Source: Piptocephalis cylindrospora (Eukaryota). From it: DNA of 33,861 nt. The notes beneath the pieces were generated by a model, which made no database searches, was not told the DNA's origin, and was given only the letters and a program-made list of their open reading frames with translations. Positions 11,214 through 22,287 of this stretch are shown here, one piece after another; positions within the stretch are counted from its first letter, which is position 1; the number at the start of each line of letters is the position of its first letter. Position numbers and translations under genes: made by a program. The DNA is taken from contig KZ987741.1 in assembly GCA_003614145.1 (NCBI GenBank), positions 1-33,861 of the forward strand, given 5' to 3'.

Positions 11214-12148
11214 GAGTGCGTGTGTACTTTCTGAGACGTGGCAAGGGGAAGAGGAGGAGAGGGAAGAAGAGGAGCAGACCTAGAACAGGTTGTTATTGAG
11301 GGTCGGACCAAGAAACAGGCCGGGGAATGTCCTGGGCCAACTTGCCTCATCAAAGGATACGGGCGGTCGGGAAGAAGAGGCCTTCTCATCATTGGAGGGC
11401 TGTGGAAAAGAGAGATGGGTGAAAATTGTAAAACTGATGCATTTTGGAAGGATAATTGAATGCTCACGCACAATCAAAAAGCAGGTGGCTTGGACCCTGA
11501 CATATTCTCACACACGCTTCCTTAAACCAGACGGGTGGTCAATGTTGGATGGGCTAGAACATGTCTTTCAGCAAGCATCAAGAGATGTATTTGTAAGGAC
11601 TGCAAAAAAAAGATGACAGAGAAAGTAAAGCAAAAAACATTATCGTAGATAAAATGGGTGAGCGTATCATAGCATTTTATCGTAGGATACTCGTCATCTT
11701 GGCCGTAATGAGATCAAGGGCTTGACAATAAAAGGAGCAAGATGAAGCGAAAGATAGATATGCTATTATTACGTGTATTCTTCTACAAGCATTTCCACTT
11801 GGTATCTCTTCTATATACATCTTTCTTGAGGACGATCACTACTCATTCCATCCCTAGAGATATCATTTTTCGTATCCAGTACTCGGTACTGGTGAAACTC
11901 ATCAATGATAAGGCAGGGCTTTGCCAGCCTGTCCTTACTGATGCCTTATTCTTGACTACAGAATCTCACTACAGAACAATATCTTTGGAGCTAGGTGTGT
12001 CGCCGTGGAGCACGATATATCAATCAGACTTTTTCAACACATGCTACCATAATGCATGTCAACATGGTATTAGACACCAAAGGGACAAAGTATATCAATA
12101 CGTTTGACACAGACACACAGACACACACACACGCGTACTCCTTAATCC

Positions 12149-13813
12149 TTACGGAGTGGCCAAGGGAATGGCAGGGGAATTGATGATCCGAGTTACTTCG
12201 GACACTAGCATGCCCTTTTGAGCCTGAATATCGGCAACGATGGCCGCATGCTCAGCATCAGGGTGACACTTGCCCCCAGCAATATCAATGTCGTACAGTT
12301 CCTTGGGATCACGGAAGAGACGCCACCGGGTCTGAGGGATGTCACTGAGGCTTGTAACCCAGCGTTCGAGACGATTGAGCTTGTATTCAGCAGCCTCGTC
12401 GATGCCCGAGACCAAACGGATGAACATGCACTGGTAGCGGTCTCCACCGTCAGATTTCATGAGCTGAGCGTAGGCCTTTTCATCCCCCTGGCCACTGTCA
12501 CCAAAGAGGATGAATTTTCGACGAGGGAAATCTTTGTGGACACGGCCCATCTCATTGACCTTGAACTGGACATACTTGGGAAGATTGTATAGGGTGGAGG
12601 GATCCTTGATGCGGAATTTGGCCAGATGAACGGGGCCCGGGGGAAAGTTGGACCTCTTCAACCACCGGTCCAAGGAGGGCATAAGGGCAAAAGGAGTGCC
12701 GGAGATGTAGTGGAAACCAACATCGGGGGATTCCTGGGTGGCGAGCTTGACGGAAAGATACTGGAAGAGATCCACCATTCCCGGGACAGCCTCGTACTTT
12801 TCCATAAAGGCCTTCCGGAACATCTGGGCGTACTTGGGGACACGGGTATCCTTGATGGTGTCATCAATATCAGTGAGGATGGACCAGCCGGTGGAGCCAT
12901 ACAGATGGCACCGACCAAAGTAGACCCGGTTGGTGGTGGGAAGACGGACTTGGAACTGGACAATGTCACCAGGAAAATAGCCTTGGCCGGGGAGGGCAAC
13001 ACTATCGGCGTTGAAATGACCATCCGAGTCAAGGCTCATGCGGGGAAGACGCTGTGAGCTCCCAGAAAGGGTGATGTCGTCCATGACGGAGACTCCGGTC
13101 TTTCGCTTGGAGTGATCGGCAAAAAAGTAGCTCAGTCGGCCCTTTAACCGGTCTCGCTCGTCGGGGGTGTTGTCACCATAGTGCTTAGAAAAGGCTTTAA
13201 TGGTGAGACGGTTGAAGAAGGAGGGAGAATGACGCTTGAAGACGACACCATGCATATAGGCGAACCAACCATTGTTGGTGTCGTACTTGGAGTTGGTGGC
13301 CCAGGTGGGGTACATGAGCACCTCGGTAGTTTCGGGAAGAAGAACGTCAAACTTGTCATCGGTCATGTAGGGGGAAGTCGTCTGAAGGAGAAGCTGGTTG
13401 GTTGCGGCCAACCTCTCCGTGGTAGCGGCCTTCAATGGAGATATGGAGCCGTTTTGAGGGACAGAGGTATCTCCATAGAGGGTGGGCTGTTTGAGTTGGG
13501 CATTGATGGGGGATTCTTGAGGGGTGGTGGAGGAGGGAGAGGAGAGATCGGGGCTAGAGTAGGGTGGAGGATTGGAGGAGGGCGGGGGGCTGGAGTAGGG
13601 TGGAGGATTGGAGGAGGGCGGGGGATTGAAAAAGGCGGATTGGACGTTAGCGGAACCGGCAGGAGCACCAGGATAGAATGGGCTGTTAACGGGTGCGATA
13701 TGGACGGTGGTGAGCGCCGAGACCTTACCTGGCTCGTAAATGAGACTGAGGCTAGAGATGATGGTCAAGAAGAAGACCAGACGCTCAGGTCCCATATGCA
13801 TAAAGTCCTTCAT
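12149..13813 (-). CDS. APP1-family Mg2+-dependent phosphatidate phosphatase (HAD-like, DUF2183), with N-terminal hydrophobic segment and Pro/Ser linker
   Basis: TDIDDTIK (DxDxT), VPGM, FHYISGTP, FPPGP, FPRRKFILFGDSGQGD. Intronless. The start may be at 13813, 13801 or 13795. Confidence 0.85.
   Translation of the reverse strand: MKDFMHMGPERLVFFLTIISSLSLIYEPGKVSALTTVHIAPVNSPFYPGAPAGSANVQSAFFNPPPSSNPPPYSSPPPSSNPPPYSSPDLSSPSSTTPQESPINAQLKQPTLYGDTSVPQNGSISPLKAATTERLAATNQLLLQTTSPYMTDDKFDVLLPETTEVLMYPTWATNSKYDTNNGWFAYMHGVVFKRHSPSFFNRLTIKAFSKHYGDNTPDERDRLKGRLSYFFADHSKRKTGVSVMDDITLSGSSQRLPRMSLDSDGHFNADSVALPGQGYFPGDIVQFQVRLPTTNRVYFGRCHLYGSTGWSILTDIDDTIKDTRVPKYAQMFRKAFMEKYEAVPGMVDLFQYLSVKLATQESPDVGFHYISGTPFALMPSLDRWLKRSNFPPGPVHLAKFRIKDPSTLYNLPKYVQFKVNEMGRVHKDFPRRKFILFGDSGQGDEKAYAQLMKSDGGDRYQCMFIRLVSGIDEAAEYKLNRLERWVTSLSDIPQTRWRLFRDPKELYDIDIAGGKCHPDAEHAAIVADIQAQKGMLVSEVTRIINSPAIPLATP
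13551..13622. repeat. 2 x 36-bp coding tandem repeat (PPPSSNPPPYSS)
   Basis: gggct(a/g)gagtagggtggaggattggaggagggcggg occurs twice in tandem. Confidence 0.85.
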
Positions 13814-14867
13814 TGTTCGTCGTTAAGAAAGGCGGGGGAGAGGTGAGGAGTAAGAAGGCGAAATCAGTCAGGGTCTGAGCCAAAGAGAGAGAGTGTGTGT
13901 GGGGAACTCAGAAGGAAAGGGCCGTAAATTGGGGTGAAGGAGTGATGTGGATCTTGTGCACGAATTCTTGAAGGGTTGTCAGGCTATATCAGCCACAAAG
14001 AGCGATGAGAATGGAAGGGGGGAAGGGAGGTGATGGAGGCGGGAAGGTGGGGAGGGAAGGGTTCAAGAAGAGGAAGGAAAAGAAAGACAACCACAAGCCG
14101 CAACCAGGCACGAAAGGGTCTTGAATTCAAGAGAGCAGCAGAGGGAGGAGGGGACGTGAGGGGAGGCCTAGCCAGTGGAGTTGAGGAACGAGGAGGCAGA
14201 AGAGAGTGGAGAGGAAAGCGAAAGTGGAAGCGAGGAGGCAAAGAAGAAGCTGTACAGAGCAGAAGCAGAGCCCATATGAATGGACAAGGATACCGTGTTG
14301 AACCCTCAAAATCGGAGTTTCAATAGACATGGACCAGGAAACAGGCCAGTACAGCATGGGGCTGTGTCAGGAGATAGGAAGCCGTATAACACTATGCGGA
14401 GATTGAATCACCTGAGTATGGGGCCTTGTTGAAGGGTGCTTTTAATGGGAGATTCCACCATGACAATTTTTCGAAGGGGGGATGGATTTAATATTGTATA
14501 AAGATTCAAGAGGTACTTGAAGGAGACCATGATGGTTAGTGAACACCCCGTAAGGCCATCGTGTTTTCAATCGAGATGACGAGTAAGCATCAAAGTATAT
14601 ATAATCAGGGTCCGGCCAGATCCCCGTTACCATGATATTGCATGATGAGTGATGGTTATGATGCACACATGAAAGACCTCACTCTCTCAATAGTCATCAT
14701 CGTTATAAACAACGCGAATGCCATGGATACACGGAAAGGATAGGATGATTTTTACGCGCACACACATACTGCCCAAGGCCCTCTCCCTTGGATCACCACA
14801 TCAAAAAGAAGCAAGCCTGTATCCACATCCCAGCAGCCCGCCACATCCCTCTAGAAAAGCAGCAGGT

Positions 14868-16045
14868 TCAAGGAAGAGCCTTACGAATAGCATCCTTTTG
14901 AGAAGCGTCCAGAGGACCACGGGGGAACTCGACGGAAAAGGTGATGATAAGGTCGCCCTTTTGACCGGGTTTCTTGGAGATGGGCATGCCCTCCCCAGGG
15001 ATACGGGCCTGCTTGCCGGGGGAGATGACACCCAGGGTGTCAGGAACCTTGAGGGTGCGACCATCGAGGGTACGGATGGTACGGTCAAATCCACATAGGG
15101 CCTCCTTGAGGGAGAGATTCAAGCTGACTTGCAGATCATTGTCCTTTCGGGAAAAGACGCCATGGGGTTTCTCAGCAATGACAAAGACAATGTCCTGGGC
15201 GGAGCCAGCATGACCCATGGCCTCGTCGCCCTCTCCGGCAAATGTGATCTTGGTGCCGGCCTTCCAACCGGCCTTGACGGTGACGGAGAGGATCTTCTCG
15301 TCGGATTTGCCTCCGCGTCTCCGGGTGACTTTGAGTTTCTTCGTGGTCCCAGTGTACAGCTCCTCTAGGGTGCAAGGGAGGTTCCTGGTGGCGACAGGAG
15401 GTCTCCTGGGGGCGGAGGGACCACCGCCGTACCCACCGCCAAAGGGATGACCGGAAGCGCCTCCCATGTGGACGTCATCCTCATCCATGAATCCACCGGG
15501 CATTCCACCATGAGATGAAAAGCTGGGCCCTGCACCTCCCCCCATACCACCCCCCATGCCTCCTCCCATGCCTCCGCCAAAGAACTGAGCGAAAATGTCT
15601 TCGGGTCGTGAGGGTCTAAAGCCAGAAGCACCACCTCCGGGGCCGCCGGTGGAGGAAAAGGAAAAGGTAGCGCCGCCGGGGAAGCCAGAGAAGCCTCCGC
15701 CGGGCATGCCCCCTCCAGGACCACCTCCGCCACCACCGCTCGGGGGAGGGCCTCCACCCTTGAGACCATCCTCACCAAACTGATCGTAGATGGTACGTTT
15801 CTGCTTATCGGATAAAACTTCATAGGCTTCGGAGACCTCTTTAAACTTTTTCGAGGCACCTTCCTTGTTATCCGGGTTTCTATCCGGATGCCATTTTAAG
15901 GCTAAGGGAAAGGGAGAAGATGAGATAGGGTGGGAGAGAGCAGGGAGATAATTGTCAACGTACCTTGCTTGCGGTAAGCCTTCTTGATGGCCGCTTCATC
16001 GGCGTCTTTACTCACGCCCAAGAGACTGTAGTAGTCTTTACCCAT
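14868..16045 (-). CDS. SIS1: Class B J-domain co-chaperone (Sis1/DNAJB type); exons 16045-15964 and 15901-14868
   Basis: [11 protein letters not shown]...[15 protein letters not shown] (HPD motif) across intron 15902-15963. G/F- and G/M-rich region; C-terminal LEELYTG...[12 protein letters not shown]...GEGMP...GDL. No zinc finger. Confidence 0.93.
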
Positions 16046-16755
16046 GAGTGTGTGTATATACTGGAAAGGTGGTTGGTTAAGGGAGAGGAAGGGAGAAAGC
16101 CAAGAGGGAACAAAGTAGTATTGGACGAACAAGTCGAAGAGGAGGAGGAGGAGGAAGAAGGAGAAGAAGAAGGGAAGAAGGGACGAGTGGGAAGGCGCTT
16201 CGAGTAGTAAAGCTGAATACACCCCTTAAAGGAGAATTGCCGCTGAAAGATATCCAAGTGACCTTCTTTTGAATCATCCATTAGACTGACTGTAGGAGGG
16301 AATGACGTTTGGTTGCAGTGGGCCACGCTCTCGCTGCTGTCGTTCGTCTCAGACATCCTAGACATACACTCCTCTCTACCTTGATTGCTTCCAGCACCTT
16401 CTCCCCGAAGTGAGGGGCTTGTCAGAGACATATTGAGTAAGGGGAATGACGGGGGATGGTGTAAGGTCTTACATAGTAAAGGAGGGGCACATGCGAGCGG
16501 GTGTATCCCACACACCCCCATCATCCCCTCATTGAAAGGGGAAGTGTGTGGACGGCTCAAGCGGATGATTCTGGATGCCACTACCCACGGCTCAGAGGGC
16601 CTAGAATGATCGAAGGCACACTACGGCTATTTACCGTTGGGACACACACACATACACACACACACACACACACATAATGATAATTTGAATACGGAGAGGG
16701 GGGGGAATCACAAGAAGGGTTGGGACACTATTCGGTTCAATGATCACAACAGTGC

Positions 16756-18163
16756 TTAACCAGACATTACTGAAGTAGCACCGACAATGATCTTGAGTTC
16801 CCCAAGGACAGAGTGAGCAAAGGGCTCGGGAAGGTTCTGAATCTGAATTAGCAGGTCCCCAGTCTGGCCTGAGGGATGAAGGGTATCGAGTATAAGTACC
16901 ACCTGCCCCATTTCGCCGTCCTGAGAGGGACGAAAGATGGTGTGGTGTTGTTGCTTGTTAGTGTATGGCTCGATCTCAATCCCGTCCCCAGACCCACCTT
17001 AGTCACTCCATTCCATTGACACAGCATACAATCCCCTTGGGACATGCCTCGGATGGGGGAAAGAGAAAAGAGCTGACGAAGGGCTTCCAGGGACACTTGG
17101 GTCAGACCAGACGATCCCTCCCCCCATCCGGACTGGATAGAGGCAGCCTCCTCAGAGGACAGGGAACGTCGATGGGCCTGATCCAGGAGATAAAATCCCG
17201 ACTTCTTCTCCACTTTAAGAGCCTTTCCCGTCCCTGGGGAAGGGAAGGAAAGGGTGATGAAGATGTTTCGTTGACGAGGAGCCCCAGGATGAAGGATCAA
17301 CCGACTTTCCAGGGTGGTGTGTGGAGGCATCAGCACGGTGGATGGTGGATCTGATGCAGGATCCCCAGAGGTCCACAGCGAACTACACGAGACCGGGGGG
17401 ACAGAAACGTAAGAGGAGGATGTAGGGAAGGGGAAAAGAGAAAATTCCTTACATGGGTACAGGAGGTCTTGAAGAATCGGAAGAATCGCTCCATCCCACC
17501 GACTCCACCTCTACTTTGACTTCATCCTCTTCCTCCGTAGAGGAAGAGGACGAGACAAGGGGAGTTTGAAAGGCAATGTGGCCGGAAATGCCTGGTATGG
17601 GGATGGTACCTGAATTATGCACTCGAAGGACAAGACATAGCGATGGGGTAGCGCAGCTTCTCTCCCCATCCAATCTCGGAAGTACCTCACTCTCTACCCA
17701 TGGGATCAGGATCAGGATCAGGATCAGGGAGAAAGGTGAGAAGGGGAGGGGAAGGGCCATGCAAGGACACATCCATCTATCAACATCTTACCAATCTTTA
17801 GATTCATGCACAGCAGTTGCTCCATGACTGAGCCTACGTTCTGCGCCAACGCCACGCTCTGCTGCATGCTACTTGCAAGAACCTGGAGGGAAAGGAAGGG
17901 GTCAATGGGTCTCCGCCTTGAGGAACCCTAGTCCAGCAAGCCTACTTACGCCGTACACCTTGCTAAACGAAGAATTGACCCCTTCAAGGCTCTTTTGAAG
18001 TACGTCTGCCACTTGCTCCCTAGGGCAAAGAAGGACGGTGAGGATAGGGCAAGGGGGGAGAGACAGGACAAGAGCAATCATAGTACATTTGACCCTCGTT
18101 CGAGGACGGGGTGGATCCCGTTCCATCCTGGACTTGCTTCTCTTTCGTCTCGTTGGTGGTCAT
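16756..18163 (-). CDS. Uncharacterised protein, 342 aa, 6 exons (18163-18087, 18019-17950, 17882-17792, 17693-17453, 17382-16998, 16920-16756)
   Basis: Five GT-AG introns of 67-98 nt join into one 1029-nt frame from ATG to TAA: MTTNETKEKQ...VLQKSLEGVNSSFSKVYGVLASSMQQSVALAQNVG...LVLRVHNSGTIPIPG...LSFPSPGTGKALKVEKKSGFYLLDQ...ELKIIVGATSVMSG. Confidence 0.8.
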
Positions 18164-18415
18164 TGCGCACTCGTAGGATGGGAAGATAAAAAGGTCGTGG
18201 TGATGGGGAGGAAGAGAAGGGACAGGGTGAATTTTCTAGGGCCGCGCCCTCCCCACACATAGACATTCTACAGCCATGTCCTCCTTTTTTGGATGGCCAG
18301 ACCGCCCATATGAGATGTCTTGGGAAAACAAAAGATCATATTTATAACAGCAATGGAAACCAAAATAGAAATAGAAATACAATATACTCGAGCGACCTAG
18401 ACCTAGACCTAGACC

Positions 18416-18896
18416 CTATCCGCTCCCGAGGATTGGAATGGGCCGACTGGAAAAGATGATCTTTTCTCGGATGAATTGATGGACGCGTAATGCAGGTGGA
18501 GGCGCATCGTTCTTGGAGGATGAATCTGTCATAGTCTGATCCTCCAAGGTCATCCCATTCGACCCGGACTGGGAGGAGGAGGGGGGCACGGGTCGTTCAA
18601 GGACCGCCAATGGTCTGGGCAACTTGACCACCTTTCCCTCCAGGAGGTGAAGACCAACGCGTAAAGTCACTTTGCCCTAAGAGAAGAGGAGGTAAGGTGG
18701 AGAAGGAGAGATATTCGATCAGACCCACTTCCCCCAACCGCCTTACTGTCTCCTTGGACACCTTGAGTAGCCCAATATCCAGCCCAGACATGTCCACCGT
18801 ATTAGCCGCCAACACCCCCTGGAACTCGATCAGAGTCAGTGAGGAAGCCTGTGTGCTCTTGGTCTCGGGGGGGGTATGTAAGAGGATTTGAGGCAT
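18416..18896 (-). CDS. CTF8: Chromosome transmission fidelity protein 8 (Ctf18-RFC subunit); exons 18896-18747 and 18676-18416
   Basis: LIEFQG, LRVGLHLLEGKVVKLPRPLAVL and IREKIIFSSRPIP match the Ctf8 pattern. Intron GTAAGG...TAG at 18677-18746. Confidence 0.9.
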
Positions 18897-19236
18897 GGGG
18901 CAACGTCAGGAAAGAGAAGGAAAGGGAAGAGATAAGACGCGTATTCTCCTCCGGCCCTCTCCCTTCGATGGGCAGGCTCTCTTGACCCAGTTGTCCGCAT
19001 TTGACCCCCGATGGTAAACAAAGCATTCTTTTTCCAATGTCTTTTGACCACTCATCCATCCCCATCCCATCGAGCCCCAGGCCTAGCTCTTATCATCATT
19101 CGAAGCCTTATCCATACAGATCAGCATTTAAGGGGGCATCCCAGGGAACGAATGCAAATAAGCCGTTCGAGCCCCCTTTTTGGACTCCCTAAACTCTAAC
19201 TGTACACGAAGAACAGCGCTAACTACAAACATTGAA

Positions 19237-19308
19237 GGCCCGATGGTCTAGTAGTATGATTCTCGCTTTGGGTGTGAGAGGTCCCGGGTTCAATTCCCGG
19301 TCGGGCCC
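19237..19308 (+). tRNA. tRNA-Pro, anticodon TGG
   Basis: GGCCCGA/TCGGGCC acceptor stem; CTCGC-TTTGGGT-GTGAG anticodon arm; CCGGG-TTCAATT-CCCGG T arm; followed by TTTT and T6 (Pol III terminators). Confidence 0.95.
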
Positions 19309-20518
19309 TTTTGTCACTCTTTTTTATTCTCCCAGGTCTTGTCGGGACTGTCCAAGGTCCGCTCCATCGCATTTGCAGCACCGCTGCCTCCTTCCCTGTA
19401 GGGATAGGGCCCATGTCGACATGGGCCCCCCTCTCTCTGGATCAACCATGCAGAGAGTGGAGGAAGACCCCATGATCTAAGCAAGGGTGGGAAAGAGGAG
19501 GAGGACTTGGTCGCATGACCGTGCAACTCCTTTCTCTTCAAGAGGGTTGCAACGGCAGTGAGAAAGCACAAGTCAATGGCGTGCCGTGTAGATGGATAGG
19601 AGCATTTATCCGTGCAATCAGGGAAAAAGCGCTGTTCCGCGTTCGGATGTCCCCGTCCCTGCGCTGAATCCCAGAGACATGGCATCATCCTCTCATCCAT
19701 CCCCATCCCCTGGATGCTCCTGTTGTCTATCTTATCATAGCAGATCCTCTTCAGGTTGTACAAGTGCCCCGGGATCTGGTATCGCGCAAGAGCTTTGCCT
19801 TGTTCCAGACACACACACATATGTACTGTATGTCCTCTCCCCTCCCCCCGTCTTCATGGGATGGGGCTATCCATGAGACCCACATCGTCCTTCCCTTGCT
19901 GGGCCCTTGGACCATCCCCGTTCTCCGTTCCTACTTGACTCTGTCCTACAATGTGCGTCGACCTGCATCTTCTACCCAATGGCCATCACTTAAACCTAAC
20001 GCCTTGATGGAGAGAGCAGAGCCGGGAGATACCTGCGTCAGCCCTGCCCCCTCCCCCCCTCTTCCTCCACCTCCTACGTGTCGTTCGTTGTTGGGGTAGA
20101 TATCAGGCGGGGGCCCGTTGGTCACATCCCTTCACACTCCCCTCCTCTCTTAATGTACAGGCTTTGCTTTGGTGTATATAACCTCATCGGTGATCCTACT
20201 TTCCCTCCTTGAGCGCATCTCCTTCCCCTCCTCACTTTTGTCTCTCCCCCTCCATCCAGTCCCTATCACCCATCATTCCCCTCCTCACCTTGCCTCCCAT
20301 TCACACACACACACACACACACATCATAACATCGCAGCAAGGCAGATCTCCAGGCTCCTTCCTTCATCGATGCCCCATTCCGGAATTATCGACCGATCCA
20401 TCATCCTTAAAAGCTGCCCTGAGCCCTTTCATTCCATCATTCACCCTTCATCTCCCTATCCATTTGACCTATCCATACCCCTTCTATCTTCCCTTTACGG
20501 CTCCTGACGCCTTCCTCT

Positions 20519-20570
20519 CCCTATTCGTCCTGATTCTACCCCCCTATTCGTCCTGATTCTACTCCCCTAT
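20519..20570. repeat. About 2.2 x 23-bp tandem repeat in a pyrimidine-rich leader
   Basis: ctattcgtcctgattctac(c/t)ccc repeated at 20521 and 20544. Confidence 0.8.
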
Positions 20571-20982
20571 CCCTATCCTCATCCCTATCGCCTAGTCATC
20601 GTCTCTCCCTACCCAGTCGGAGATTCGCCAACAACACACCTCACTTCACCGTCACTCCCTCCTCCTGCTCTGTCCTATCTCCTCCATCCTCTTTCAAGCT
20701 CCGATCCTCTACTTAACCACCACCATCCTGCTCTGTGACCACACCTCCCTTCTTGCTCCGCTCCTTCCCCCACCTCTCCCCTGGCCTTTCCTTTCTCTCT
20801 TGACTATTCTCTTTTCTTGGCCCCCTCAGATCATCTACTGCACCCTCCCTCTTCGTATCCCCTCGTACCCCATCACCTCTTCCTCTCTTTGCTTCTGCTC
20901 CCTCTCTTTTTCCCCTTTCTCCCTTCGTAACGGCCCCATCCTTGATCCCCTCCTCCTCCCCCCTTTCATTCTATTCCTCAGT

Positions 20983-22059
20983 ATGCTTCCACTCTACACC
21001 ACAACTTCCACCGACGATCCCCTGCCCATCCTACCGGAGCATCACCCAGCCTCAGTAGACCCGATTGGGAAAAGATCGGGAAGACACCATGGCGAACCGA
21101 GGAAAAGAGGGAAAAGGATCCTTTCAGCCTCAAGAGATACCCCCTCCGTTGTCCCTATCCACTGGGCCCGTCGTCTCTTTCCCTCCCTCTTCCGTCCTCT
21201 TTCTGCATCAAGAAAAAAGATGGATCGAACCGGGGAAGAAAAGGGACTGGTCAAGGCTCTAGAGGAAGCATTACGAAAGGACACTCGCCCCTCCCCTCAT
21301 CCCCGCCCTTCCCTCTCCGAATTCAACCCCTTCATCTCCGATCCTGTTCGAATACCCGAGTCCTCCCCCTCTTCCACCTCCCTCTCCAAGGAAGAAGAGG
21401 TAGAACACTTTGCCTTGACCCCCCTACCCTCCTGTACCTCCCTTGTCTCTTTTGATGATGTGGTCCTGGAGGATCTAGGCTCCACCTCCCTACCCAACTA
21501 CAGTCCCCCCCCTTCCTACGTTGCCGCCCCTACAACCGCCGCCCAGGATGAGGATCCACAATCCCATCGAGTCCTCCAGGGTCTTCAGTATCTCTCCGAC
21601 GCTCGTCGTCTCCTCGACGAGGGTCCCTGTGGTCCGGACCGCGCTTGGAGGGCTCAGCTGGCCTACCATATCCTCAATGCATACACCCCCTCCTCCTCCT
21701 CCTCCCCTCCCTCCTCATCCCCTATTGATCCATCCATGACCGAGGAAATTGAGGCGGATCTCTGGGGAATTTGCCATGCTCCCGTCCCACCCGTATCCTG
21801 CATCCTCCCCGCCGGCCCGCTCACCCGATCCATCCGGGCCAACGGTGCCGAGGAACGGATGCTCGCCTCTGAAAGACTCATGATGCTTCGTGGTAAGATC
21901 ATCTGTCCCCTCAAGGACCGCACCTGGCTTCCCCCCCGTCCCTCCTCCTCGGTCATTGGTCAACAGCCCAGTCCTCTCTCCCAGTCCTTTTCCCGTACTC
22001 ATACTCATCCTAAAGCCAAGGTCGAGCATCTCCTCGATCAACTCCCCAATGTACTTTAA
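20983..22059 (+). CDS. Hypothetical Pro/Ser-rich protein, 358 aa
   Basis: Long ORF whose first ATG is at 20983 (the track's 20800 start is TTG inside a CT-rich leader). Mostly low complexity, with PPSY and a compact C-terminal block RSIRANGAEERMLASERLMMLRGKIICPLKDR. Confidence 0.75.
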   Translation: MLPLYTTTSTDDPLPILPEHHPASVDPIGKRSGRHHGEPRKRGKRILSASRDTPSVVPIHWARRLFPSLFRPLSASRKKMDRTGEEKGLVKALEEALRKDTRPSPHPRPSLSEFNPFISDPVRIPESSPSSTSLSKEEEVEHFALTPLPSCTSLVSFDDVVLEDLGSTSLPNYSPPPSYVAAPTTAAQDEDPQSHRVLQGLQYLSDARRLLDEGPCGPDRAWRAQLAYHILNAYTPSSSSSPPSSSPIDPSMTEEIEADLWGICHAPVPPVSCILPAGPLTRSIRANGAEERMLASERLMMLRGKIICPLKDRTWLPPRPSSSVIGQQPSPLSQSFSRTHTHPKAKVEHLLDQLPNVL

Positions 22060-22287
22060 TCCTCCTCTCATTTCTATTCCCTATCCCCATCCCCCCGGGG
22101 ACGTATACAATCCTCTCTTGAAGGTCACTGCAGTCACCTCTTGAAAGACACACCCCTCTTTCCCGTAAGGGTCACAAATACAACCACAATTCATCAAACC
22201 AATCTCATCAACATCTTTGTTCTCTCTGTCCATTCACTCTTCTCTTCCACACTCACACGCATCACCCTCCCCTCCCAAACTCTCCTC

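Noticed and set aside
11640..11690. 9-bp inverted repeat GATAAAATG/CATTTTATC with a TTATCGTAG direct repeat
   Set aside because: Too short for a MITE, no target-site duplication, and compatible with chance in AT-rich DNA.
16190..16600. Heat-shock elements expected upstream of SIS1
   Set aside because: I found no convincing array of three alternating nGAAn units.
17702..17728. (GGATCA)n hexamer repeat; similar short repeats at 2762-2782 (GCGGGA) and 18394-18414 (GACCTA)
   Set aside because: Ordinary microsatellites in an intron, a TE remnant and a 3' UTR. No spacers, so not CRISPR-like.
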